A DNA stretch of 37,054 nt from Bacillota bacterium. GTDB lineage: Bacteria > Bacillota > Sulfobacillia > JAJZYS01. The position numbers were made by a program, and so were the translations under genes. The stretch is taken from positions 1 to 37,054 of the forward strand of contig JAJZYS010000001.1 in assembly GCA_021797925.1 (NCBI GenBank). The letters are read 5' to 3'. Positions 11,273 through 19,696 of the stretch are shown here, one piece after another (positions within the stretch are counted from its first letter, which is position 1; every line of letters starts with the position of its first letter). Below the pieces are notes generated by a model, which saw nothing but the letters and a program-made list of their open reading frames with translations, searched no databases and had not been told where the DNA came from.

Positions 11273-12253
11273 TTGGAAACGACCATCATCGGGGCCATGC
11301 CCAAGCTTCCGTCGAGCCCCGGCGAAGTGAACCTGCGGCGTACCATCCAGGACTTCGACGCGGGCCGCATCGGTCCGGGCGAGCTCGAGGCGGCGTACCG
11401 GACCAAGGAAGCGCAGGTGCTCATGGACCAGGTCGCCCGGGGCATCACCGTCCTGGGCGACGGGCAGGTCCGCTGGGATGACCTGGTGAGCCCGCTGGGG
11501 CTGGATGTGGCGAACTACGTGCCCGGCGGGCTGGTGCGGTTTTTCACCAACAACACCTATTACCGCCGGCCCACGATCACAGGGCGGCTCGCGCTGGCCG
11601 GCTCCACCCTGGCCGCGCGGTTCGCGCGGGTGCGCGCCCAGGCCTCCCGACCCCTCAAGGCGGCGTTGCCGGGACCGTACACGGCCCTGACCCTGGCGCT
11701 CGACCAGCAGTACACCTCCATGGATTCCGCCCTGGCCGACGCCTGCGCGGTCTGGGCGCTCTTGATCGAGGCCCACGCCGAGGCGGGCGCCCACGTGATG
11801 GAGCTCGAGGAACCGGCGCTGGCCCGCGAGCGGGATGCCGGGCGGCGCCGGGCGGCGCTGCAGGCCATCGGCGCCCTGGGCAAGAGCTCACCGGTGCCCC
11901 TGCGCCTCGCGCTGTACTTCGGTGACGTGGCCCCGTGGGCCGTCGAGCTCGCAGACCTGCCTCTGCACGGGATCTCCTTCGACCTTGCGCAGAGCCCGCG
12001 CATGTGGGACGTGCTGGCCGAAGGGTTTCCGGGTGTGGTGGGTCTGGGTCTGGTCGACGCCCGGGACCTGAGGTTCGAGGACGTGGATGAGACGGCGGCC
12101 CGGGTGCGCCTGCTGCTGAAGCGGCTGGGGACGGAGAGGCTGTGGCTGCACCCCAACACGTCGCTCGAGTACCTGCCGGCGGACGCGGCGATGGCGAAGC
12201 TGGAACTCGTCGGCGAGATTCGCCGACGAGTGGAGCGGGAGGTGCACCCATGA
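11273..12253 (+). CDS. Cobalamin-independent methionine synthase N-terminal-domain-like protein (stand-alone MetE N half)
   Basis: MetE-N-like pattern (ITVLGDGQVRWDDLV..., VRFFTNNTYYRRPTITG, LPGPYT) without the Zn-ligand motifs. TTG 11273 lies 6 nt after AGGGGG (ATG 11297 is an alternative). ATGA overlap with the catalytic half. Confidence 0.78.
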   Translation: METTIIGAMPKLPSSPGEVNLRRTIQDFDAGRIGPGELEAAYRTKEAQVLMDQVARGITVLGDGQVRWDDLVSPLGLDVANYVPGGLVRFFTNNTYYRRPTITGRLALAGSTLAARFARVRAQASRPLKAALPGPYTALTLALDQQYTSMDSALADACAVWALLIEAHAEAGAHVMELEEPALARERDAGRRRAALQAIGALGKSSPVPLRLALYFGDVAPWAVELADLPLHGISFDLAQSPRMWDVLAEGFPGVVGLGLVDARDLRFEDVDETAARVRLLLKRLGTERLWLHPNTSLEYLPADAAMAKLELVGEIRRRVEREVHP

Positions 12254-13224
12254 CACTGCCGGATCTCTTTCCCACGACCACTGTCGGCAGCTTTCCCAAG
12301 CCGGCGGACCTGGCTCAGCTCAGGTCCCGGGTCCAGCAGGGCAAGGCGGGCGTGGACGAGCTCGACGCGCTGACGCGGGAGAAGACCCGCGAGCTCATCG
12401 CCGCGCAGGAGCGGGTGGGTCTGGACCTGCTGGTGCACGGGGAGCTTGAGCGCGGCGACATGGTGACCTACTTCGCCGAGCTCATCGAGGGCTTCGAACT
12501 GGCCGGGTTCGTGCGCTCGTACGGCAACCGCTACTACCGCAAGCCCGTGGCGAGACGGCCCCTGGTCGCCCGCGGGCCCATGACGGTGGAGACCTTCCGC
12601 TTCGCCCAGGGGCTCACCGATCGGCCCGTGAAGGCGATGCTCACCGGCCCCTACACCATCATGGACTGGTCCTTCAACGAGGCCTACCCGGACCGGCGGG
12701 GGTTCGCGCTGGCGGTGGCGGAGATCCTCCACGACGAGGCGGTGCGGCTCGAGGCGGCGGGCGCCCGCTTCATCCAGATCGACGAGCCGGCGCTCTCCAC
12801 CCGCCCCGAGGAGATCGCGCTGGGGATCGAGGCGCTGGGCGTGGTGACCCGGGGGCTCACGGCCCGGACCATCACCCACATCTGCTACGGGGCCATCGAC
12901 GAGGTGTATCCCGAGATCCTGGAACTGCCCGTGGACCAGCTGGACCTCGAGGCCAAGAACAACGGCTTCGCGGTGCTCGACGTCCTCGCCAGAGGGCCCG
13001 TCCCCAAGGAGGTGGCCCTGGGCGTGGTGGACGTGCACTCGCACCGCGTGGAGAGCGCCGAGGAGGTGGAGGCGGCCATCCTCAGGGCCGCCGAGGTGAT
13101 CCCGCCTCGCCAGCTCTTCGTGGACCCCGACTGCGGGCTCAAGACCCGGACCGAGGCCGAGGCCTGGGCCAAGCTCGAGGCCATGGTGGAGGGTGTCCGC
13201 CGCGCTCGCCTGAAGCTTGGCTGA
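12250..13224 (+). CDS. metE: Cobalamin-independent methionine synthase catalytic (C-terminal) domain protein
   Basis: TTTVGSFPKP, LVHGELERGDMV.YF, YGNRYYRKP, LTGPYTI..WS, IQIDEPAL, HICYG and DPDCGLKTR (Zn ligand motifs). Confidence 0.88.
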   Translation: MTLPDLFPTTTVGSFPKPADLAQLRSRVQQGKAGVDELDALTREKTRELIAAQERVGLDLLVHGELERGDMVTYFAELIEGFELAGFVRSYGNRYYRKPVARRPLVARGPMTVETFRFAQGLTDRPVKAMLTGPYTIMDWSFNEAYPDRRGFALAVAEILHDEAVRLEAAGARFIQIDEPALSTRPEEIALGIEALGVVTRGLTARTITHICYGAIDEVYPEILELPVDQLDLEAKNNGFAVLDVLARGPVPKEVALGVVDVHSHRVESAEEVEAAILRAAEVIPPRQLFVDPDCGLKTRTEAEAWAKLEAMVEGVRRARLKLG

Positions 13225-15077
13225 TGCGCGATCTCAGGCAGGCCCTCGCGGAGGGCGGGCTGCTGGGGGATGGGGCCATGGGCACCCTGCTTTCGGGCAG
13301 CGTTCCCGGGGTGGCGCTGGAAGCCCTGCCGGCGGAGGCGCCGGAGCGGGTGGAGGCCGCGCACCTCGCGTACCTGACCGCCGGGAGCGATCTCGTGCAA
13401 ACCCACACCTTCGGCGCCAACCGGGTACGGCTGGAACGGCTGGGCCTTGGCCACGGCTTCGCCGCCATCCACCGGGGAGCGGCCCGGGCCGCCCGGCGCG
13501 CGCGGGAGGTGTCGGGCCGGCCGGCGTTCATCCTGGGCAACCTCGGCCCCACCGGGCTGAGGGGAGACGAGCTCACGGCGAAGGAGTCCGTGGCCGGCGT
13601 CTTCCAGGAGTCGGCCGAGGCGCTGGTCGACGGCGGCGTGGACGGCATCATCGTGGAGACGCTGTCGGACCCGCGCGAGCTCGAGGCGGCGATCCGCGGC
13701 GTGCGCCGGGCCACCGACCTGCCGCTCTTGGTCACCTTCAGCCTGTCGGTGGACGGGGTCAGCCGGGACGGGGCCACCATCGAGGACATGGTCGCGGCGC
13801 TGGCGGCGCCCGGGGCCCGGCTTCCCGACGCGTTCGGCCTCAACTGCGGGGCCGGGCCCGCGCCGCTCATGGAGCTCGTGCCCGCGCTGCAGGCGGCGCT
13901 GGCCCGCCGCGGACTGAAGCTGCCCCTGGTGGTGCAGCCCAACGCGGGGCTTCCCACCCGGCGGGAGGGGCGGATCACCTATCCGGCCAGCCCTCAGTAC
14001 ATGGCCAGCCACGTCCCCCACTGGATCCAGGCCGGCGTGGCCCTGGTGGGCGGATGCTGCGGCACCGACGCCGAGACCATCGCGGCCATGCGCCTGGCGC
14101 TGGCCGGCCGCGACGGGCCGCGGGCGTCGGACGTGAGGCCCCCCGGCCCGGCGGCCCGCCCCCGCGCCGCGGTGAGGGCGCCGGGACCGGGGCTGTGGAT
14201 CAGCGTGGAGGTGGACCCGCCCAAGGGGCCGCTGCCCGAGCGCATGCTCGAGGAGGCCCGCGCCGCCGCGGAGGCGGGCGCGGACGCCGTCAACGTCGCC
14301 GACAGCCCCATGGCCCGCGTCCGCATGGGCTCCCTGGCCTCGGCCGTCCTGATCCGGGAGGCGGTGGGCATCGACACCCTCCTGCATTTCACGACCCGCG
14401 ACCGCAACCTCATGGGCATCCAGGCGGACCTTCTGGGCGCCCACGCCCTGGGAGTCCGCTCGATCCTGGCGCTCACGGGGGACCCGCCGGGGCTGGGCGA
14501 CTACGCCCGCGCGACCGCTGTCTACGACCTGGACTCGGTAGGGCTGATCCGTCTGCTCCGGGGGATGAACGAGGGCGTGGACGCCAATCTCAAGCCACTG
14601 GGAGCCCGCACGGAGTTTGTGATCCGGGCGGGCTGCGATCCGGGCCAGGAACCGCTGGTGGACGCGGTGCGCCGCAGCCGGGCGAAGATCGAGGCGGGCG
14701 CGCAGGCGCTGCTCACCCAGCCGGTGTACGACCCCCGGGTGTTCCTGCGCTTTCTCGAGGCCCTGGAGCCCACGGTGCCCGTCATCTGCGGGATCATGCC
14801 GCTCATCAGCGGCCGGCAGGCCGACTACCTGCACCACGAGGTGCCCGGCATCCAGATCCCCGAGGCGGTGCGCCGTCAGCTGCACGAGGCGGGCGCCGAG
14901 GCGGGCGCCCTGGGGGAGGCCCTGGCGGACGAGGTGCTGGAGGCCTTGCGCCCGCACGTCGCCGGGGTGTACGTCATCCCCTCGCTGGGGCGGATGGAGG
15001 TGCCCCTGCGCCTCGTGCGCGCGTGGCGTCGACGGTACGGACCCGGCAACGGGGAGACGAGCGGGGAGGCGTCGTGA
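13224..15077 (+). CDS. yitJ: Bifunctional homocysteine S-methyltransferase / 5,10-methylenetetrahydrofolate reductase (YitJ-like fusion)
   Basis: N-terminal HMT domain (LLGDGAMGT, THTFGAN, GLNCG, GGCCGT Zn motif). A Pro/Ala/Arg linker leads to a C-terminal MTHFR domain (SVEVDPPKG, VADSPMA, HFTTRDRN, LALTGDPP). Confidence 0.9.
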   Translation: MRDLRQALAEGGLLGDGAMGTLLSGSVPGVALEALPAEAPERVEAAHLAYLTAGSDLVQTHTFGANRVRLERLGLGHGFAAIHRGAARAARRAREVSGRPAFILGNLGPTGLRGDELTAKESVAGVFQESAEALVDGGVDGIIVETLSDPRELEAAIRGVRRATDLPLLVTFSLSVDGVSRDGATIEDMVAALAAPGARLPDAFGLNCGAGPAPLMELVPALQAALARRGLKLPLVVQPNAGLPTRREGRITYPASPQYMASHVPHWIQAGVALVGGCCGTDAETIAAMRLALAGRDGPRASDVRPPGPAARPRAAVRAPGPGLWISVEVDPPKGPLPERMLEEARAAAEAGADAVNVADSPMARVRMGSLASAVLIREAVGIDTLLHFTTRDRNLMGIQADLLGAHALGVRSILALTGDPPGLGDYARATAVYDLDSVGLIRLLRGMNEGVDANLKPLGARTEFVIRAGCDPGQEPLVDAVRRSRAKIEAGAQALLTQPVYDPRVFLRFLEALEPTVPVICGIMPLISGRQADYLHHEVPGIQIPEAVRRQLHEAGAEAGALGEALADEVLEALRPHVAGVYVIPSLGRMEVPLRLVRAWRRRYGPGNGETSGEAS

Positions 15078-16255
15078 TGGGACAGTCGATCTTCACGCGC
15101 GCGGTGCACGCCGGGGAGGGGCAGCGGCTCGTCGAGACCCCCACGGTGGGCGGGATCCTGCCGAGCACCACCTACCAGTCCGACCCGGACCGGATGGACG
15201 ACATCCTGGGCGGGCGCATCAGCGGGTATACGTACCAGCGCCACGCCAGCCCCACCGTGCACGCGCTGGAGCTGGCCGTCGCGGAGCTCGAGGGGCAGGG
15301 CGAAGCCCTGGCGTACGCGTCGGGGATGGCGGCGGTGCACGCGGCGCTCCTGGCGGCCGGGGTGAGGAGCGGCGACACGATCCTCCTGGCCCAGGACATC
15401 TACGGCGCCTCCACGACCCTGGCGACGGACGTGCTGGGCCCCCTGGGGGTCCACGTGGTGCGGGCAGATCTCGTGGACCTGTCCACGGCGCGCTCGCTCC
15501 TTCTCGCCCACCGGCCGCGGGCCGTCCTCTTCGAGACCATCTCCAACCCCCTGCTGCGGCTGGTGGACGGGCCGGCGCTCACCCGCCTGGCCCACGAGTC
15601 CGGGGCCACGGTGCTCGTGGACAACACGTTTGCCACGCCGCTCCTGGCCCAGCCGCTGGGCTACGGCGCCGACATGGTCATCCACAGCGCGACCAAGTAC
15701 CTGGGCGGGCACGGCGACGCGACGCTGGGCGTCGTCGCGGCGGGCGAGGAGCTGGCGGCGGTGCTCCATCGCCAGCGCAAGCTCACGGGCGCCACCGCCG
15801 GGCCGTTCGAGGCGTGGCTCGTGCATCGGGGACTCAAGACCCTGCCGCTGAGGTTCTTCCGCCAGTGCGACAGCGCCCGTCAGGTGGCGCTGGGCCTCGA
15901 GCAGCACGGGCTGCGGGTCCACTTCCCCCTCCTTCCCTCCCACCCCGACCACGCGCGGGCCCGGGAGCTCTTTCCCTCGGGCCGGTGCGGGGCGGTGGTG
16001 ACGTGCGACCTGGGGGCCGAGGAGGCGCGCGTGCGCCGGTTCCTGCGCGAGCTGCGGCTCGTGGCCTGCGCCACCTCGGTGGGCGACATCTACAGCCTGT
16101 GCCTGTACCCGGCCATGGCGTCGCACCGCTCCCTGACGGTGGAGCAGCGGCTTGAGATCGGGATCACCGAAGGCACGGTCCGATTCTCCGTGGGCATCGA
16201 GGACCCCGACGACATCCTCGCGGATATCCTCCGGGCACTGGCGGCCTCGGCCTGA
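15077..16255 (+). CDS. Cys/Met-metabolism PLP-dependent enzyme (cystathionine gamma-synthase / beta-lyase / sulfhydrylase family)
   Basis: YQRHASPTV..LE..VAELEG, LVDNTFATP, and HSATKYLGGHGD with the PLP lysine. ATG 15077 overlaps the upstream TGA (GTG 15074 is an alternative). The exact reaction cannot be assigned from sequence alone. Confidence 0.88.
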   Translation: MGQSIFTRAVHAGEGQRLVETPTVGGILPSTTYQSDPDRMDDILGGRISGYTYQRHASPTVHALELAVAELEGQGEALAYASGMAAVHAALLAAGVRSGDTILLAQDIYGASTTLATDVLGPLGVHVVRADLVDLSTARSLLLAHRPRAVLFETISNPLLRLVDGPALTRLAHESGATVLVDNTFATPLLAQPLGYGADMVIHSATKYLGGHGDATLGVVAAGEELAAVLHRQRKLTGATAGPFEAWLVHRGLKTLPLRFFRQCDSARQVALGLEQHGLRVHFPLLPSHPDHARARELFPSGRCGAVVTCDLGAEEARVRRFLRELRLVACATSVGDIYSLCLYPAMASHRSLTVEQRLEIGITEGTVRFSVGIEDPDDILADILRALAASA

Positions 16256-16271
16256 GCGGCGGTATAATACC

Positions 16272-17339
16272 ATGGTGAAAAATCCAGTGCGCAGCGAGGG
16301 TGACGCGTTTCTTCGGGCGTGCCGCGGCGAGCCGGCGGCGCACACCCCGGTGTGGTTCATGCGCCAGGCGGGGCGCTCCCAGCCGAGCTACCGGCGGCTC
16401 CGGGAGACGCACACGCTCATGGAAATCGTGCGTGACCCCCGCCTGGCGGCGGGGGTCACCGTCTCGCCGGTGGAGGACCTGGGTGTGGACGCCGCCATCC
16501 TCTTCTCGGACATCATGGTGCCGCTCGAGCCCATGGGGGTCGCGTTCGAGATCCGGGAAGGGGTCGGACCCATCGTCGCGGACCCGATCCGGACGGCGGC
16601 CCAGGTGGCTCGCCTGGTGGAGCTCGACCCGGCCCGGGACGTGCCGTACGTGCTCGAGGCCGTGGAGCGCGCGGCCGCGAGCCTCGCGGTGCCGGTGATC
16701 GGGTTTGCGGGCGCGCCGTTCACCCTGGCGTGCTACCTCGTCGAGGGCGGGCCTTCCCGGGGCTACATCGAGGTCAAGCGCTTCATGTGGTCCCAGCCGG
16801 ACGTGTTCCGGGCCCTCATGGAGCACCTCACCCGGAACATGCAGGCCTACCTCGCGGCGCAGGCGGCGGCCGGAGCCCGGGCCCTGCAGGTGTTCGACAG
16901 CTGGGTGGGGGCGCTGGCGCCGGACGACTACGAGGCCCACGTGGCGCCGCACATGGCCCGGCTCTTCGCGGGCCTGCGACACGTGCCCACCCTGGCCTTC
17001 GGGGTGGGCACGAGCGGGCTCATCGAGGCCATCGCCCGGACCGGGCCCGCGGTCGTGGGCCTGGACTGGCGGGTGGATCTCGCCGTGGCGCGCGACCGGC
17101 TCGGTGCCGACCGGCCGGTGCAGGGGAACCTGGACCCGGCGGTCCTCCTGGCGCCGTGGGCCCGCGTCGCCGAAGCGGCCCGGGGGGTGCTCGCCCGCAA
17201 TGGCGCCCGCCCGGGACACATCTTCAACCTGGGCCACGGCGTGCTGCCCGAGACCGATCCGGCGCAGCTGCAGCGGCTGGTGGCGCTGGTGCACGAGGAG
17301 ACCCGCGCCGCGACGCACGAGGGGGAGCAGACGTCGTGA
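16272..17339 (+). CDS. hemE: Uroporphyrinogen decarboxylase
   Basis: FLRACRGEPAAHTPVWFMRQAGRSQPSYR, ILFSDIMVP, FAGAPFTLA.YLVEG, FDSW, NLGHG are HemE motifs. The first 40 codons of the track ORF belong to the upstream gene region. Confidence 0.93.
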   Translation: MVKNPVRSEGDAFLRACRGEPAAHTPVWFMRQAGRSQPSYRRLRETHTLMEIVRDPRLAAGVTVSPVEDLGVDAAILFSDIMVPLEPMGVAFEIREGVGPIVADPIRTAAQVARLVELDPARDVPYVLEAVERAAASLAVPVIGFAGAPFTLACYLVEGGPSRGYIEVKRFMWSQPDVFRALMEHLTRNMQAYLAAQAAAGARALQVFDSWVGALAPDDYEAHVAPHMARLFAGLRHVPTLAFGVGTSGLIEAIARTGPAVVGLDWRVDLAVARDRLGADRPVQGNLDPAVLLAPWARVAEAARGVLARNGARPGHIFNLGHGVLPETDPAQLQRLVALVHEETRAATHEGEQTS

Positions 17340-18256
17340 ACAGGCCGCTGGGCGTGCTCTTAGGCGCGTACGGCGCGCCGCGGAGCCTCGAGGACGTGGA
17401 GGCGTACTACACCGACATCCGCCGGGGGCATCCGCCGACGAAGGCGCAGCTTCAGGAGCTCACGGACCGCTACCGGGCCATCGGCGGCGTCTCGCCGCTC
17501 ATGGCCATCACCGAGGAGACGGGCCGCCGGCTGCAGGCGGCGCTGGCGGAGCGCCACGGTCCGGGCGCCTTCCGGGTCGAGGTGGGCTACCGGCACGTCG
17601 CGCCGCGGCTGGCCGACGTGGCGCTCGACCTGGCCAGGACGGGCGTGCGGGGGGTGCTGGGCATCGCGCTGGCGCCCCAGCACTCGGGATTCACCTACCA
17701 TGGCTACGGCGACCCTGTGGCCCGGGCCCTGTCCGCCAGTTCCCCCCCGGTGCCCTTCTACCAGGTGCCGTCCTGGCACCTGGTCCCGTCCTTCATCGAC
17801 CTCATCGCCGCGCGTGTCTCGGAACGGCTCGCGGCCCTGGGAGAGGGGGCGTGGGTGTGCTTCAGCGCCCACAGCCTGCCCGAGCGCATCCTGGCCCAGG
17901 GCGACCCGTATCCCGCCGAGGTGGAGGCGACCGCGCGCGCGGTGGCCCAGCGGCTGGGCCTCATGAACTGGTCCGTCGCGTGGCAGAGCGCGGGCCGCAC
18001 CGACGAGGCGTGGATCGGGCCCGACATTCTCGAGACGCTGCGCCGCCTCGCTCAAGCGGGGGTCCGGGCGGTGGTGGACTGCCCCGCGGGATTTGTGTCC
18101 GAGCATCTCGAGGTGCTCTACGACCTGGACGTGGAGGCGGCGTCGCTGGCCCGGAGCCTCGGGCTGCGCTTTGCCCGCACCGCCATGCCCAACGCCGATC
18201 CCGAGTTTGTCGCGGTGCTGGCCGACGTCGTCGACGCCCACCGCTCGAGGCTGTGA
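17336..18256 (+). CDS. hemH: Ferrochelatase (coproporphyrin ferrochelatase type, Firmicute hemEHY context)
   Basis: GVLLGAYGAP.SLEDVEAYYTDIRRG, SAHSLPERI...GDPY, AWQSAG.T.E.W.GPD, SEHLEVLYDLD. GTGA overlap with hemE. Confidence 0.92.
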   Translation: MNRPLGVLLGAYGAPRSLEDVEAYYTDIRRGHPPTKAQLQELTDRYRAIGGVSPLMAITEETGRRLQAALAERHGPGAFRVEVGYRHVAPRLADVALDLARTGVRGVLGIALAPQHSGFTYHGYGDPVARALSASSPPVPFYQVPSWHLVPSFIDLIAARVSERLAALGEGAWVCFSAHSLPERILAQGDPYPAEVEATARAVAQRLGLMNWSVAWQSAGRTDEAWIGPDILETLRRLAQAGVRAVVDCPAGFVSEHLEVLYDLDVEAASLARSLGLRFARTAMPNADPEFVAVLADVVDAHRSRL

Positions 18257-19647
18257 CCGACCGCATCGCGGTGGTGGGCGGGGGCATCTCCGGCCTGAGC
18301 GCGGCCCTCGCCCTGGAGCCCCTGGCCCGCGCCCGGGGGCTCGAGCTGCACGTGTTCGAGCGCGAGCCCCGCTGGGGAGGCGCGATCCGCACCTTCCGGC
18401 AGGACACCCTCGTGATCGACGGCGGGCCCGATTGCTTCCTGGCCCGCAAGCCGCAGGGCGTAGCGCTGTGCCGCGATCTCGGCATCGAGGGGCGGCTCAT
18501 GGGACTTCGCCCCGGGACGTCCGGGGCGTACGTGCTCGCGGACGGGAAGCTGCGACGCATCCCCCTGGGCTGGACGACGGGGATTCCCCGGGGCGTGCGG
18601 CCGCTCCTGGGGGCGCGGCTGCTGCCGGTCGGGGCGCGGCTCAGGGCGCTGCGGGATCTCGTCCCGGGCAGGCCGGTAGAGGGGGACGTGTCCCTGGGCG
18701 CCTACCTCCGGGGCCGCCTGGGCGACGGGATCGTGGATCGGCTCGTGGACCCGATCCTTTCGGGCGTGTACGCCGGCGACCTCGACGCCCTGAGCCTCGA
18801 GAGCTGTGCCCCCGAGCTTGCGGCCCGGGCCCGCAGCGGCGCCAGCCTGATCTGGGGGATGGTGCGAAGGCGCCCCGGTCCGCCGCCCACGGGATCGGTG
18901 TTCCTCACCGTGGACACCGGCATGCAGGGCCTGGTGGAAGCGGCCCTCGACCGGCTGGGGTCGGCGCGGCTGCACGCCGCGACCTCGGTGACGGCCCTCG
19001 CCCGCACCGGGGACGGGTACGAACTCACCCTCGCCGGCGGGGGCCGGCTCGATGTGCGCGGCGTGGTGCTGGCGCTCCCGGCGCCGCGCGCCGCCAGGGT
19101 CCTGGCCTCGGCGGCTCCCCGGTGGGCGCAGGCGCTGGAGCGGGTCGACTGCGTCGATCTGGCCGTCGTGGGTCTAGCCTACCGCGACGGCGACGTGGGG
19201 GTCCCCCTCGACGGGACGGGGTTCGTGGTCCCCCGGCGGGAACGCCGGGCCATCACCGCCGCCACCTGGCTCGGGGCCAAGTGGCCGCGGCCGTCGGGAT
19301 CGCTGGTGCCGGTGCGGGCCTTCCTGGGCCGGGCCGGCGATCGGGGCCTGCTGGACCTGAGCGACGAGCAGCTCGTGGCCAAGGCCCGCGGAGAGCTCGA
19401 ACCCCTCATGGGCATCACCGCCGAGCCAATGGTCAAAGTCGTGTTCCGCCACCCCCAGGGCCTGCCCCAGTACACCGTGGGCCATGGGCAAAGGATGCGC
19501 GCCCTGGCCGAGGCCACGCGCGCCTGGCCGGCGTTCGCCCTGGCGGGTTCCGCGTGGGACGGGGTGGGCATCCCCGACTGCATCCGCTCCGGTCAGGGCG
19601 CGGCGGCCATCGTGGCGGCGGACTTGGGACTTTCGGGCGGGACGTAG
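18253..19647 (+). CDS. hemY: Protoporphyrinogen / coproporphyrinogen III oxidase (HemY type, FAD-dependent)
   Basis: FAD fold IAVVGGGISGLSAA, E...RWGG.I.T, GGPD.FLARK, and C-terminal LAGSAWDGVGIPDCI.SG. GTGA overlap with hemH. Confidence 0.9.
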   Translation: MTDRIAVVGGGISGLSAALALEPLARARGLELHVFEREPRWGGAIRTFRQDTLVIDGGPDCFLARKPQGVALCRDLGIEGRLMGLRPGTSGAYVLADGKLRRIPLGWTTGIPRGVRPLLGARLLPVGARLRALRDLVPGRPVEGDVSLGAYLRGRLGDGIVDRLVDPILSGVYAGDLDALSLESCAPELAARARSGASLIWGMVRRRPGPPPTGSVFLTVDTGMQGLVEAALDRLGSARLHAATSVTALARTGDGYELTLAGGGRLDVRGVVLALPAPRAARVLASAAPRWAQALERVDCVDLAVVGLAYRDGDVGVPLDGTGFVVPRRERRAITAATWLGAKWPRPSGSLVPVRAFLGRAGDRGLLDLSDEQLVAKARGELEPLMGITAEPMVKVVFRHPQGLPQYTVGHGQRMRALAEATRAWPAFALAGSAWDGVGIPDCIRSGQGAAAIVAADLGLSGGT

Positions 19648-19651
19648 GAAC

Positions 19652-19693
19652 CCCGCGCCCGGGTCGACCTCCAACGGCCGACCCGGGCGCGGG
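19652..19693. terminator. Bidirectional terminator hairpin between the convergent hemY and phosphoesterase genes
   Basis: CCCGCGCCCGGGTCG (19652-19666) and CGACCCGGGCGCGGG (19679-19693) form a perfect 15-bp stem with a 12-nt loop. It sits exactly in the 49-nt gap between the two stop codons. Confidence 0.65.
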
Positions 19694-19696
19694 CGA

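Noticed and set aside
12885-14957. 690-aa minus-strand ORF antisense to metE-C and the yitJ-like gene
   Set aside because: Shadow ORF. The sense strand encodes proteins with Zn-ligand and MTHFR motifs.
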